From Mobula hypostoma (lineage: Eukaryota), in assembly GCF_963921235.1 (NCBI RefSeq), contig NC_086097.1, positions 204,106,001 to 204,170,000 of the forward strand: DNA of 64,000 bases, written 5' to 3'. Positions within the stretch are counted from its first letter, which is position 1; every line of letters starts with the position of its first letter. The position numbers and the translations under genes are program-made. The notes beneath the pieces are model-generated. The model saw only the letters and a program-made list of their open reading frames with translations. It searched no databases and was not told the origin of the DNA. Of this stretch, positions 1 to 13,155 are shown piece by piece.

Positions 1-1062
1 GTGCGGGCGTGGGATGGTATATTAAGCATTCTTGACGGTAGTATAACAGTGTGTTGGCTCCTCTGGTTCTACGGGTGATGTGTTGCTGTCAGTTGTTCAG
101 AGCCTTCTTCCAGCTGGACTGGTTGAAATCTCCCGTTAACCATTAACCCATCGCACCCAGTGCTCAGCTTGTGCACACTCACCTGTGCGTTTTCCTGGGT
201 TTTACCAAGCACCAAACCAAATTCCAGGCACCTGTCAACTGATGGACAACTCCATTAGAAGGATACTATTTTTAAGGCATCTGTTACAGTGTTTAAGGGG
301 AAAGGAGTTAACAACTTGGTTTAGTACAATTACTGTACACTAAACTGAAATGAAAGTATTCTAGTTTTCAGATTTCTGGTCGGTGCTGAGGTTTTACTGC
401 CAGTGGATCATGTGGATGAAGATGAAACAAATTCAATGTATTGCTGGGGTTTCAATTCAGACGCATTTGTTACTTTACACTAAGCCAACCTCTCTAGTGG
501 CACCTCCTGGACAATTACCCACTCTTCACTGAGGATTTTCACGAAATAGACATCACTTGGAAAGAAAATCCTTAAATGTATCTGAGGCATTAAAAAAAAG
601 CGGGGGTGACAACTTGCTTCAAGTATCAGATGTAACAATTACTCTTCAAATATAGCACAGATAATATTACCGTCATTGAACATAATCAGTTCTTAAAGTG
701 TAAATTAGTGCTTATTACATTGACAGTATTCTCCATGCATTTAAATAGGTTATAAATCTATCATTTTGCAGATGATAAATTTCATTATGAAATATCTTGC
801 ATATTGATGCTTTACTTAGCATGAATAAAGTAGATTTTTGTTATTTTGTCAAAGAATACAGCAAAAATATACGAGAAGCTGAGGTTCAGTTAGCCTCCCT
901 TGTTGACTTCAGCGCCCCCTGCTGCTGAATTCTTTCCAACTCTGACACCTTTCCTTACTTTGCAGAGAGATTAAGGAAAGGTGTAAAAATAATAGGATAG
1001 TTGTCATGGGAGACATCACCTTCCCTAATATAAACTGGGACCTTCTGAGTGCAAGAGGTTCA

Positions 1063-1185
1063 CATAGCACCCAGAGAAAACCCACATGGTCAAAGAAGGA
1101 GAACGTACAAACTCCTTACAGATGACGTTGTAATTGACCTCTGAACTCCAACATCCCAAGCTGTAATTGTTATGTTACTGTGGCT
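1063..1185 (-). mobile_element. V-domain (HE1-like) tRNA-derived SINE fragment
   Basis: The reverse complement contains GTAAGGAGTTTGTACGTTCTCC...ATGTGGGTTTTCTCTGGGTGCT, the same core as the copies at 30630-30935 and 44700-44925. Confidence 0.55.
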
Positions 1186-1777
1186 GAAAGTTACTTCAGA
1201 AAGGACTTGGATAAATGTTTAATGTGGGTAAAATTGCATTAACCTGGAGTAAACACAGGGGTTGGGATTAATGGCATGGTTGTGTAGTGATTGGCATAAA
1301 ACTACTACAGGGCCATTTACCATGCTGTATCTCTAAATAAATAAATAAAACAAATGTCCTTTTGCTATGCTGAATGAATGGAAGAGCTTATTGAATAAAA
1401 TATGATCATCACTATTGCCATTCACTTTTATCACAACCATCTCCTTTGTTCCTTCCCTCACCTGTTGTTTTCTTTTACTCTGTAATTGTTAATAAACTGT
1501 TAACAAGGTTGGGAGGTGGATGATTGAATTTAACCCCTGAGAGAGGATGGGGTAATTAAATCTACAAGTCATTCATCTAATCATATTTATGTCTTAAATA
1601 ACTCTTCCAGGAGAGGGCAGCACTCCACGGCCTGTCCATTGAAAATATCTATCATCAGAATCCACCATTTCTTTCTGTTGCATCACCACGTATCCTTGAG
1701 ACAATCTTTTCATTCCTCATATATGGAGTCCTCTGGGGGACTATTTTTAACCTGCTTCAGTCCCTACGTACTATAAA

Positions 1778-2160
1778 CAACACACACAAAATGCTGGAGG
1801 AACCCAGCAGGCCAGGCAGCATCTACGGAAAAGAGTAATCAGTTGACATTTTGAGCCGAGACCCTTCATCAGAGCAATGTCCATTCAGAAATTATTGACT
1901 CTGTGCCTTCAGGCTCCTGTACCTCCTTCATAAGAATTCCTGCTTGCTGTGCTGAATAAAGGCTTCCATATCACTAACTTCAATGACTCTCCTGTGACTT
2001 CATTCACAGCTACAACAGTCACATTGCCTTGATGAAGGGTCTTGACCTGAAACGTTGATTGCTTAGTCTTTTCCATGGATGCTGCCTGGCCTGCTGAGTT
2101 CCTCCAGCATATTGTATGTGTTGCTTGGATTTCAAGCAACTTCAAATTTTCTCGTCTTTG
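1778..2160. repeat. Inverted pair of Penelope-terminal (hammerhead-like) short repeats
   Basis: 1778-1873 and 2028-2160 are reverse complements of the same unit (AAAATGCTGGAGGAAC.CAGCAGGCCAGGCAGCATC...GACCCTTCATCAG), separated by ~155 bp. Confidence 0.75.
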
Positions 2161-2691
2161 TCCTATTACAATAATATTGTTAGGTGATAAAGAAGTTCAC
2201 CCCTTGTACCAAAATTGGCCATGTGATTGTAAATGAGAAGGAAATCTTCATTCTGCAGGAAGACATTGATCACTTAAGCAGAAAAAGGGCAAAATTGATT
2301 TTAATCCCGAGAATCCCAAGAAAGGTAGGGCATGCAGAGTGTGGTAGAACAGAGGGTTCTGGGAATACAAATCTATGATTCCTTGCAGATAGATAAGGTC
2401 ATAAAGACAGCTTTTGGCACTGTTAGGGAGTATTTTGGAGTTTTGTGATTATAGCAGATATTAATTCAAACAAGAACCAAATCAAATCACAAACAAGAGA
2501 AAATCTGCAGATGCTGGAAATCCGAGCAACACTCTCACAAAATGCTGGAGGAACTCAGCAGGCCAGGCAGCATCAATGGAAAAAAGCAGAGTCGACTTTT
2601 TGGGCCAAAACCTTTTGGCAGAATCAAATCAAGTCAAGTCAATTTTTTTGTCATTTAACTATGTACAGGTATATAACATATATAATGTATA

Positions 2692-3773
2692 CTAGACAAT
2701 GGGGTGACCCGTTGGGGCACCGTTTGAGAGAGGGGTAGTGCAGTCTGATGTGACCAGAATGAGCATTAAATTTTCCTGAATGCCATTGGTATCGCTTTGC
2801 TTTGGAATACTTCAGTTTATTAAAGAAGAATGACGCGTAGCAAAGCAAATATAGTTCCTCCTCATTTAATGAAATACACTTCTGATGGCATCATTTCTGG
2901 TTTATCTGCCACCTTCGTGCATCTCGTTGTCATTCTGGAGACGTGCAGTCCTTTCATCCCCCGTCTCTTCATCTCTTCTGCTGTTTGTTCTTTGTCTCTG
3001 ATCCTGCAGATGTGAATTTCTCTCCTCTGCTGTCTCTTCTTCTCTCATTTTCTTTTGTCCTGACTCTTTGATCTTGGAGTCGTGCGGCCCTGGCCTCATC
3101 CGATTCTTGTTCTCTCCCTCTCCTTGCCACTTCCCGACAACGTTTGGCGTCATCTCTTGACCATAATGTCCTCCTTTCCTTTCCACGCGGCATAATTAGG
3201 CTGACCATTTTTTTTACCCTAATGCTGGATAGAAGATACGAAGCAGTAACACCAAAGGATGCTGATTATTCTTGATGAAGTGGCTGGCGCTCTCCTAAAT
3301 GGATGTGATATAGTCACTGCTGTCCTTTGACTGCAGCAAAGGGTTTTATGGGTGTCTCGAAGTACGTCATTACAATAAGATTTAATTATCTCTTATTGAT
3401 GGGTGGCAGTTAGATCTGTCCCAATCCTGCAGATGCTGATGGTGATTAGCAGAATGTGACCCCTCGAAATAGAGCTGCCCTGCCCTTTTGCTCCGGTAGG
3501 TGTCGCTGCTGAGGCTGGCCGTGCACATGCATCGGGCTGTCGCGTCCTGATTTCCTTGATGGCCGATCGGGTCTCGGGTGAAAGGGAGCCTGTTGATTTT
3601 TGGCAAATGAGCAATTTTATACAAATATATAACCCTGAACTTTGCCTGCATTCTGTAAGTTAGCGCATTTTAATTTGATTTAGCCAAAAAAGGTGCCGCT
3701 GTAATGCACCATTTGCACTAATTGGAGGTCACAAACAGACAGACAGAGCATGAGAGTTTTAGGAGTATATAGA
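2692..3773 (-). mobile_element. Non-autonomous Helitron (~1.08 kb) with remnant of the RepHel N-terminus
   Basis: On the minus strand it starts A|TCTATATACTCCTAAAACTCTC..GTCTGTCTG (3773). It ends in a GC-rich hairpin (2703-2721) followed 7 nt later by CTAG|T (2692-2695). It sits between A and T with no TSD. Frameshifted ORFs 2969-3208 and 2902-3186 join into ExxEARAARLQDQR / EETAEERNSHLQDQR / EETGDERTARLQND repeats, like the STPR-type repeats at Helitron N-termini. Confidence 0.8.
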
Positions 3774-3899
3774 TAGAAAGAAGATTTTTTTTGAACTCGG
3801 GTGTAAAACATATAACACACAATAATTTATGAAGGTAAGGATAAAATCTGCAGATGAATCACACATAAATATCAAAGAAAGGTGCATTAATATTAATTA

Positions 3900-5157
3900 T
3901 TGTAAAGTATGGAACAGATTAACCAGGGAAACTTCGAATATGATGCGGCCAGGAGTTCAGAAGCTTAATAGCCTAGGGGAAGAAGCTGTTTCTCATCCTG
4001 ACCGTTTTTGCTTTAATGCATTGTAACTTCCTGCCTGATGGTAGAAAGTTAAAGAAAATGCTGGATGGATGGGTGGGATCCTTAACATGCAGCATTCCTG
4101 ATAAATGTCCCCGATGGATAGTAGGGAGACTCCTATGATCCTCTGAGCTGTTCTCACAGTCCTTTGTAGGGACTTCTGGTCTGATACTTGACTGCTCCCA
4201 TACCAGAAGGAATGCAACTTGTGAACAAGAGAATATCTGCAGATGCTGGAAATCCGAGCAACACAAACAAAATTTTGGAGGAGCTCATCAGGCCAGGCAG
4301 CATCTATGGAACAGAGTACAGTCAATGTTTCGGGCTGAGACCCTTCAGCAGGTGTATTGTGTGCAGTTCTGGCCACATACCTACAGGAAATATATCAATA
4401 AGACTGAAAAAGTGCAGAGAAGATTTACAAGGATGTTGCTGGGACTTGAGGACCTGAATGAAAGGGAAAAAGCTTAATAGGTTAGGCCTTTACTTCCTGG
4501 GGCACAGGAGAATGAGGGTACATGCAAGCAGGCTTTTTTCCACTGAGGTTTGGTAAGACTAGAACTGGAGGTCATGGGTTAAGGATGAAGGAGGAAATGT
4601 TGAAGGAGCAAAGCCTCAAAAAGGCAGCATCCATCATTATGGACCACCATCATCCAGGACATACTCTATTTTCATTGCTGCAATCAGGTAGGAGTTTCAG
4701 GGGCCTGAAGGCGCACACTCAGTGATTCAGGAATAGCTTCTTTCCCTCTGCCATCAAATCTCGAAATGGACTTTAAACCCATGAACACTACCTCACTTCT
4801 TTTCTTCTCTTTTTGCACCATTTATTTCACTTTTTAAATAAAAAATTGAATAAATACATACTTACCATAATTTACACAGTTTTTATCGTTACCTATTGCA
4901 TTGTACTGCTGTCACATAATAACAAATTTCATGACACATGTCAGAGATATGAAGAGGGTGCTAAAAGGAGGGTGAACCATCATAAGGCATTTGGCCTCGA
5001 CCGTGTACCGGGCAGACCTGTGTTGACCAACTCGCTGGAGTGTTCAAGCACACAAGGGTTCTGCAGATACTGGAGACTCAGGGCAATGCACACACACACA
5101 CACGCACAGGAACACACACATACACACGCACACACACACGCACCACACACACACACA

Positions 5158-5205
<48 letters not shown>

Positions 5206-5790
5206 CTGGAGGAACACAGCAGGTCAGGCGGCATCTATGGAGAGGAATACACAGTCAACATTTCAGGTTGAGACACTTCATCAGGGAGTGATCAAGGACA
5301 CATCTTCAGCATCTCACTGCTGTGGTGTGAGGTTCCAACCAGTTTCAAAGGGTCAGCAATCACAGCACGATGAGCTGCCTCAATGACTGTCAACTGGTAG
5401 CACTCACATTTAACATTATGAAATGTTTTTAGAGACTGATTACAGCTGGAACTAACTCCTGTCTAAGCAACAACCTGGACCCACTGCAATTCACTTAACA
5501 TTGCAACAGGTCTACTGTAGATGCAAGTTTCACTGGCTCTCTACTCTGTTTTGGAACACCGAGACACAGCAAAACATGCACCAGGCTGCTGTTTAGCAAT
5601 TATAACATGGCGTTCAACACCGTCATCCCTTAGTACTATTCAACAAGATTCAAAACCTGGGCCTCTGTACCTCCCTTGACAACTGGACCTTTGACTTCCT
5701 CATTGGGAGACCACAGAGAGAACAAATCAGTGATAGCATCAATGTCTGGCTGATTATCACCGTAGGTACACCTACGTTGCCAGCAAGAAC
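3900..5790. mobile_element. Cluster of decayed Rex1/Babar-type and CR1 LINE fragments with interspersed Penelope-terminal repeats
   Basis: Fragments read like LINE RT C-termini (SLQRTVRTAQRIIG; KAASIIMDHHHPGHTLFSLL; LDPLQF). Penelope-terminal units at ~4225-4352 and ~5060-5290. Confidence 0.6.
5088..5202. repeat. (CA)n microsatellite
   Basis: Visible imperfect CA dinucleotide run of ~110 bp. Confidence 0.95.
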
Positions 5791-6236
5791 AGGCAGGCTC
5801 AAGGTAACGGTGATGGGTAATAGTGATGAACTTAGAGCAGTACTTGGAACAATGATGTTGTAACCATAATAGAGACTTGGTTGAGAGAGGGACATGGATG
5901 GAAGCATAATGTTCTAGGGTTTCAATGTTTTAGAAGATGGAGGAGAAGGTAAAAGAAGGACCAGAGTTGCACTATTAATCGGGGACAATATCATAGCAGC
6001 ACTCAGAGCAGACATAATGGAAGGCTAATCCAGTAAGTCTAATTGGGGAGAACTCAAAATAAGAAAGGTGCAATCACTCCGATGGGATTATATTATAACT
6101 CTCCACGCCCTCCAATAGCCACTGGACTTTCAGGAACGGTATGCAGGCAGATTAAAGAGGGGTGTAAGATTATCAGGTTTGTTGCAGTGGGAGACTTCAA
6201 CTTCCCTAATATAGACTGGAATCTCCCTAGTACAAA

Positions 6237-9200
6237 CATAGGCGGCCTTAAGCATCTGGGGCCCGTTTCAAGAGTTAATGTGGGGCCCTACTTCCACTTC
6301 CCAAAAATAGAAAGAAAAAAAGTGAATATTCAAGTTGGTTTGCATCAATAATGGTATAATTTCGGACTTAAACGTTGATGCATTATATGCACTTTCAGCA
6401 TAATGGACAACAGCTCAACATAATCCAAACAATTCTCTTAATTAAAAGCTGAAACAATGACATTTTTCGCTTTGGAGTGAGAAGCCTCGCCCTTTTCAGC
6501 AACTAGTCTGCAGTGAATGGCACTATGTGTTAGGTATCAGCTGACATAGGAACAGCTTAAACAATTTCCCTCTAATTAAATTAATAACAAAAGCAATGTC
6601 ATATTTAATGAAAATTCACACTTTATTTATTCAATGAACAGTGTCTGAAAGTTAACTACTGGAAGTTTACAACAACCTGCATCTCGCGCTCTTTCAGCAC
6701 CATGGACAGCCCACGTAAGGCCTGGAGAGTGAACAGGAGGAGGGTGAGAGAGAGAGGGGACGCAAGCGGGAGAGAGAAATTACAATTTGTGGAAACGCCG
6801 CCTAATCGCCTATACACATTTTGAGTGAAATATGTGGTTTATTTTATTATTTTAATTATAAACTTTATTTCTGCTAAAAATGTGTTAAAAGACTTACCAC
6901 TAGAACTTCACCACCCTCCTGTGCTTGACTGCTGGCTGAGAATGCTTTAATGAGCTCATCTTTATCCAGCAATCTTGTAATTTCATGCTCAATTGATATC
7001 TGAGCAAGAGCTGACAGACGCTCCTGGAGCATGGTTGTCCTCAGATGCGTTTTGATGAGCTTTAGCCTCGAAAAGCTTCTCTCTCCACTCGCTACAGTCA
7101 CAGGCACTGTCAGCATGAGTCTTAGAGCAATGGTGAGGTTAGGATACAGTTCAACCAGATTGTTGCTGTAAATGTAGCTCAGAATCTGCAGGCCAGTGGT
7201 TTCTTTTGCAGGCACGGCACTGACAGCGGCTGACACCTCGTGCAAAAGATCCTCAGCATCCACATCACCAAGTGTCCTCCCCATGTTCACGCAGCTGTCT
7301 TTCAGTGTGTGACTTCGGGTGGCTTTTGTCATTTCCTGTCTTCCATAAATGAAGCCAAACAGACTGTAAAATGACTCCATCAACTTGAAGTGCTCACTAA
7401 TGCCTGTGATGGCAGAGTCCACTGGTGGAAGGAAAACTTCTCTCCTTCTCTCTTGTACCGTTCCTCGGGTGCCACTGTCAGGGAATGTTCTGCACTTTGG
7501 GACTCGTACTGGAACTGGCGTTTTGGTTTTCTGATTCGTGATGTCAGAAAGACCATTGGCATCCCTATCTCTTCAGCTATGTCTCTGGCATCTGTTTGGG
7601 CGGATGAAAGGACGTTCTCTCTGTATTCCTTGAGAAATTTCAGAACATATTCCACCTCGCGCTGTAGCACATCGATTCCCACTTGTGGGCTGTGGAGCAG
7701 CTTGCTGACACGATTCACCTCATGTAAAACGTTGTACCAGATGATAACAGTCAGCAGGAATTTCCATGACATGATCTCCTGTTCTAGGCCTCTGGCTGCA
7801 GATGTGGTTTCACTGTCACCTTTCTGTGTGGCATGTTCAATCAGTAACAGGAGCACATTGCCAACATCTCTGTGTTGATGAGCTGAATAGTGTGTATAGA
7901 CGTTGCAGCACCCCAAAGAAGCTCACAGACTCCACTGTTGATTTTGCAGCATCGACGATTAGGCTGTGGCTAGTGCATGGCATGAACAGTGCTTTTTTGT
8001 TAATATCTAACACCCTCTTCTGCACCCCGCTATTTTTCTCCTGCATATTGCTCCCATTATCATATGCCTGCCACCTGCATTTTGAGATATCTAATCCTAA
8101 CTTCTCCATATGCGTTAAGAAAACATCGGTTAGGCCTGCACCTGTTGTCAAGCACTGGTAGGAAACTGACAAAATGCTCACTAACAGTAGCTCCGACATT
8201 TACTTGGCATGTGACAATGCGCAGTGTCACAGAGAGCTGCTCTATGTGTGCAGCGTCAGTGGTGCAGTCCATTATCACCAAGTAATAACGTGATTGTTTT
8301 ATTCTGTCTGTTATCGCTTCCAGTGTCTTGTCTCCAATAGGTGTGATTAACTCATTTTGTATGGTTTTCCCCATGTAGTGGTCAGCAATCTCTTTTTTCT
8401 CTGCTTGTCTGACATGTTCGCTGATCACTGGGTCAAACTCGGCAATCAGCTCCACCAGACCTACAAAGTTCCCATTATTTGGTTCATGTAGGGTGGAATT
8501 GTGGCCAAGGAAAGCAAGGTTTCATTCTGTAAGGTGACAGACTATGGCAATGAACCGCTTCATGACATCATTCCAGTGTTTTTTTTCCAGCATTTGCATT
8601 TCTTGGTACATGCTGTCAATGGCACTGTGCGTTCTTAAGCGCATTTCTAGCTGGCGCCAACTATCCACGTTGGCACGGTGCGCATCTGACTTCTCATGAT
8701 CTTGGAGTATGAGAGTGAGTCGCTCCCACACTCTGAAAGCTCCGCAAGTGAGACTGTGATTTCGCTTGCCAAATAGGGTACGGCAGAAACAGGAGATTGA
8801 ATCAGATGATTCTGAGTATACTAACCATGACCTACGAAAGGTTTCTCCATTTTTCATCTTCATAAGATATCTGTCCTTGGTAAAACGATGGCCTGATTGG
8901 CTCTGTGGAAAGTTAATGTCCTCTAACTGAACGGGACCTCTCCTAACAATGTCGATCCGTTGGTCACTGGTAATATGCGTTGGCCAACGTGCAGGATCGG
9001 TCTCTGTGAATGTTAGTGGGCTTTCTCTCTGTCTGGTGTGCTGGTGGCAGCATCTCCCTCACCTGTCTCAGTTGTAGCACTGTCATCATGCTGTGGTGCT
9101 TGTTCTTCAAACAAAATTTGGTCATCATTATCACCATCTGTTTGAGTAGAATTGTTCTTCTCATTTTCATTGCTCTGATTATCAACATCTCCTGTACCAC

Positions 9201-9628
9201 TTACACTGTCACTTGGCACTGCAGCCCCATGCTGTGACGATGGTGCAGTGGCAACTGCAGTCGGCAGGTCTTTTACAGATGCTGGACCAAAGAAAGATGT
9301 AACTTTTGGGAGACTATTTAGACATTTTATTTTGTTGTCTAATATTTTCCATTTTTCAGCACCACTAGGATAGGAGCGTTTCATTTTCCTCTCATTGAAA
9401 AGTAGCCTCCTTTGCTAGGAGCAATGTTTACAAGTGAAGTAAATATTTTAATGTATTTTCTCAGATGTCAGTCAGTGAGTGCCCACTGGTGGTTCAGCTG
9501 GTAATAGCAGGTGAATATTGTGGCGTCTGGGAGCTGTGCATTGAATTTTTGCATGTCAGTCGGGGGCCCCTGGGAGGGCGGGGCCCATTTCAGTTGAAAC
9601 GGGTGAAACATAGCTAAGGCTGTCTATG
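6237..9628 (-). mobile_element. Full-length hAT DNA transposon (ZMYM1/DUF4371-type transposase)
   Basis: 14-bp imperfect TIRs CATAGGCGGCCTTA (6237-6250) and TAAGGCTGTCTATG (9615-9628). 8-bp TSD AGTACAAA / AGTGTAAA (6229-6236 / 9629-9636). Transposase coded internally. Confidence 0.9.
6874..9384 (-). pseudogene. Frameshifted hAT transposase
   Basis: Successive minus-strand ORFs: MKRSYPSGAEK..; TTF-type zinc finger RSWLVYS..SCFC; IQNELI..IMDCTTD (DUF4371-like); QAYDNGSNM; hATC dimerisation motif PVTVASGERSFSRLKLIKTHLRTTMLQERL. At least five frame changes. Confidence 0.88.
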
Positions 9629-9685
9629 AGTGTAAAGTTGCAGAATTTGTTAGGTGCACCCAGGAGGGGTTCTTTCATCAATATA

Positions 9686-10892
9686 GGGAAGTTGACGAGG
9701 GTAAAGCAGTGGATGTTGTCTATATGGACTTCAGTAAGGCCTTTGACAAGGTTCCACACGGAAGGTTAGTTAGGAAGGTTCAATCGTTAGGTATTAATAT
9801 GGAAGTAGTAAAATGGATTCAACAGTGGCTGGAAGGGAGATGCCAGAGAGTAGTGGTGGATAACTGTTTGTCCGGTGACTAGTGGTGTGCCTCAGGGATC
9901 TGTACTGGGTCCAATGTTGTTTGTCATATACATTAATAATCTGGATGATGGGGTGGTAAATTGGATGAGTAAGTATACAGATGATACTAAGATAGGTGGA
10001 ATTGTGGATAATGAAGTAGGTTTTCAAAGCTTGCAGAGAGATCTAGGCCAGTTAGAAGAGTGGGCTGAAAGATGGCAGATGGAGTTTAATGCTGATAAAT
10101 GTGAGGTGCTACATTTTGGTAGGACTAATCAAAATAGGACATACATGGTAAATGGTAGGGCATTGAAGAATGCAGTAGAACAGAGGGATCTAGGAATAAT
10201 GGTGCATAGTTCCCTGAAGGTGGAATTTCATATGGATAGGGTGGTGAAGAAAGCTTTTGGTATACTGGCCTTTATAAATCAGAGCATTGAGTATAGGAGT
10301 TGGGATGTAATGTTAAAATTGTACAAGGCATTGGTAAGGCCAAATTTGGAGTATTGTTCTGGTCACCGAATTATAGGAAAGATGTCAACAAAATAGAGAG
10401 TACAGAGAAGATTTACTGGAATGTTACCTGGGTTTCAGCACCTGAGTTACAGAGAAAGGTTGAACAAGTTAGGTTTTTATTCTTCGGAGCGTAGAAGGTT
10501 GAGGGGGGAATTGATAGAGGTACTTAAAATTATGAGGGGGATAGATAGAGTTGACATGGATAGGCTTTTTTCCATTGAGAGTAGAGGAGATTCAAACAAG
10601 AGGACATGAGTTGAGAGTTAGGGGGCAAAAGTCTAGGGGTATCACGAGGGGGAATTTCTTTACTCAGAGAGTGGTGGCTGTGTGGAATGAGCTTCCAGTA
10701 GAAGTGGTTGAGGCAGGTTTGATATTGTCCCTTAAAGAAAAATTGGGTAGGTATATGGACAGGAAAGGAATGGAGGGTTATGGGCTGAGTGCAGGTCGGT
10801 GGGACTAGGTGAGAGTAAGCGTTCGGCACGGACTAGAAGGGCCAAGATGGCCTGTTTCCGTGCTGTAATTGTTATGTGGTTTATATATGGTT
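9686..10892 (+). mobile_element. 5'-truncated CR1 LINE (RT and 3' UTR)
   Basis: YMDFSKAFDKVPH, SGVPQGSVLGPMLF, YTDDTK, LERRRLRG-like and FTQRVVAVWNELP motifs, with frameshifts. Confidence 0.9.
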
Positions 10893-11495
10893 AATATGTA
10901 GATAGTCCAATAAGAGGAGGGGCCATTCTGCACCTGGTGTTGGATAATGAGCCTGGCCAGGTGATTGGCCTTTCAGTGGGAGAGCTGTTAGGGCACAGTG
11001 ACCACAACTCATTAGGTTTTAAGATGGTTGTAGATAAGGATAAGTAAGAACCTTGTGGGAGAGTATTAAATTAAAGTGGGGCAAATTATGAGAATACTGT
11101 ATTAGGCAGGAACTAGGGAGAGTTAAATGGAAACAGCTGTTTTTGGCCAAGTCCACATCTGACATGACCAACTGCAGAATGCAGGACAGATATATTCCAG
11201 TAAGAAGGAAGGACAGGGATGGCAAGGTAAGGAAGCTTTAGATGTCAAGAGAGGTGGAGAATTTAATTAAGAAGAAAATGAAAATGTAACGTAAAATCAA
11301 ACAAAGCCTTTGAGAAATATAAAGAAGCCAGAAAAGAACTGAAGAAAGGAATTAAGAAAACCAAAAGGGGCCATGAAAAGTCCTTGACAAGTAGATGTAA
11401 AGAGTATCCTAGGGCATTATCACAAGTCATTTGATACGTTTATTCAGAGATGCAGTGCGGAATAGGCCCTTCCGGCCCTTTGAGTCACGTCACCA

Positions 11496-13155
11496 ACACA
11501 TATTCCACTCTCCCCTCCTACCCCTCCTCACAGTCACCCACCCTGCTCTCATGACTATACCCCTTCCCCACACGAAACCACCACGGTGGGCTTCACAGCT
11601 GAACAGGTGAGAAGACAGTTGAAACGTCTCAACCCAAGCAAGGCTGCAGGACTGGATGGTGTCAGTACCAGGGTGCTCAAAGCCTTTCCCCCTCAGCTAT
11701 GTGGAGTACTTCGCCATGTATTCAACCTGAGCCTGAGGCTCCGGAAGGTTCCTGCACTGTGGAAGACGTCCTACCTCGTCCCTGTGCCGAAGACGCCGCG
11801 CCCCAGCGGCCTCAATGACTACAGACCAGTGGCATTGACCTCCCACATCATGAAAACCCTGGAAAGACTTGTTCTGGAGCTGCTCCGGCCTACGGTCAGG
11901 CCACACTTAGATCCCCTCCAGTTCGCCAACCAGCCCTGACTAGGAGTTGAGGATGCCATCGTCTACCTGCTGAATCGTGTCTACGCCCACCTGGACAAGC
12001 CAGCGAGCACTGTGAGGGTCATGTTTTTTGACTTCTCCAGTGCGTTCAACACCATCCGCCCTGCTCTGCTGGGGGAGAAGCTGACAGCGATGCAGGTGGA
12101 TGCTTCCCTGGTATCATGGATTCTTGATTACCTGACTGACAGACCACAGTACGTGTGCTTGCAACTCTGTGTGTCCGACAGAGTGATCAGCAGCACTGGG
12201 GCTCCACAGGGGACTGTCTTGTCTCCCTTTCTCTTCACCATTTACACCTCGGACTTCAACTACTGCACAGAGTCTTGTCATCGTCAGAAGTTTTCTGATG
12301 ACTCTGCCATAGTTGGATGCATCAGTAAGGGAGATGAGGCTGAGTACAGGGCTATGGTAGGAAACTTTGTCACATGGTGTGAGCAGAATTATCTGCAGCT
12401 TAATGTGAAAAAGACTAAGGAGCTGGTGGTAGACCCGAGGAGAGCTAAGGTACCGGTGACCCCTGTTTCCATCCAGGGGGTCAGTGTGGACATGGTGGAG
12501 GATTACAGATACCTGGGGATACGAATTGACAATAAACTGGACTGGTCAAAGAACACTGAGGCTGTCTACAAGAAGGGTCAGAGCCGTTTCTATTTCCTGA
12601 GGAGACTGAGGTCCCTTAACATCTGCTGGATGATGCTGAAGATGTTCTACGAGTCTGTGGTGGCCAGTGCTATCATGTTTGCTGTTGTGTGCTGGGGCAG
12701 CAGGCTGAGGGTAGCAGACACCAACAGAATCAACAAACTCATTTCTAAGGCCAGCGATGTTGTGGGGATGGAACTGAACTCTCTGACGGTGGTGTCTGAA
12801 AAGAGGATGCTGTCCAAGTTGCATGCCATCTTGGACAATATCTCCCATCCACTATATAATGTACTGGCTGGGCACAGGAGTAAGGAGTACATTCAGCCAG
12901 AGACTCATTCCACCGAGATGCAATACAGAGCATCATAGGAAGTCATTCCTGTCTGTGGCCATCAAACTTTATAACTCCTCCCTTGGAGGGTCAGACAGCC
13001 TGAGCCAATAGTCTGGTCCTGGACTTATTTTCTGGCATAATTTACATATTACTATTTAACTATTTATGGTTTTATTACTATTTAATTATTTATGGTGCAA
13101 CTGTAACGAAAACCAATTTTCCCCGGGATCAATAAAGTATGACTATGACTATGAC
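11496..13155 (+). mobile_element. 5'-truncated Rex1/Babar-type LINE inserted in a V-SINE
   Basis: ORFs 11586-11939 and 12012-12938 (DYRPVALTS, FDFSSAFNTI, GAPQGTVLSP, KFSDDS). AATAAA followed by a (TATGAC)n tail. TSD CACGTCACCA / CATGTCACCA (11486-11495 / 13156-13165). The SINE continues on both sides. Confidence 0.88.

Larger units (their letters stand above)
5790..11420 (+). mobile_element. Old CR1 LINE endonuclease-region fragment, split by a hAT element and a younger CR1
   Basis: VGDFNFPNIDW motif at ~6187-6220. The CR1 sequence resumes at 9637-9685 and again at 10893-11420 (ATTCTGCACCTGGTGTTGGATAATGAGCCTGGCCAG...GACCACAAC). Confidence 0.65.

Noticed and set aside
1..260. Possible regulatory sequence of a neighbouring gene (CACCTG E-boxes; SNAI2 neighbours PPDPFL in mammals)
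   Set aside because: No coding or otherwise recognisable match within the window; the motifs are too short.
4813..5291. His/Thr-rich and Cys/Val-rich ORFs
   Set aside because: Translation artefacts of the (CA)n microsatellite.
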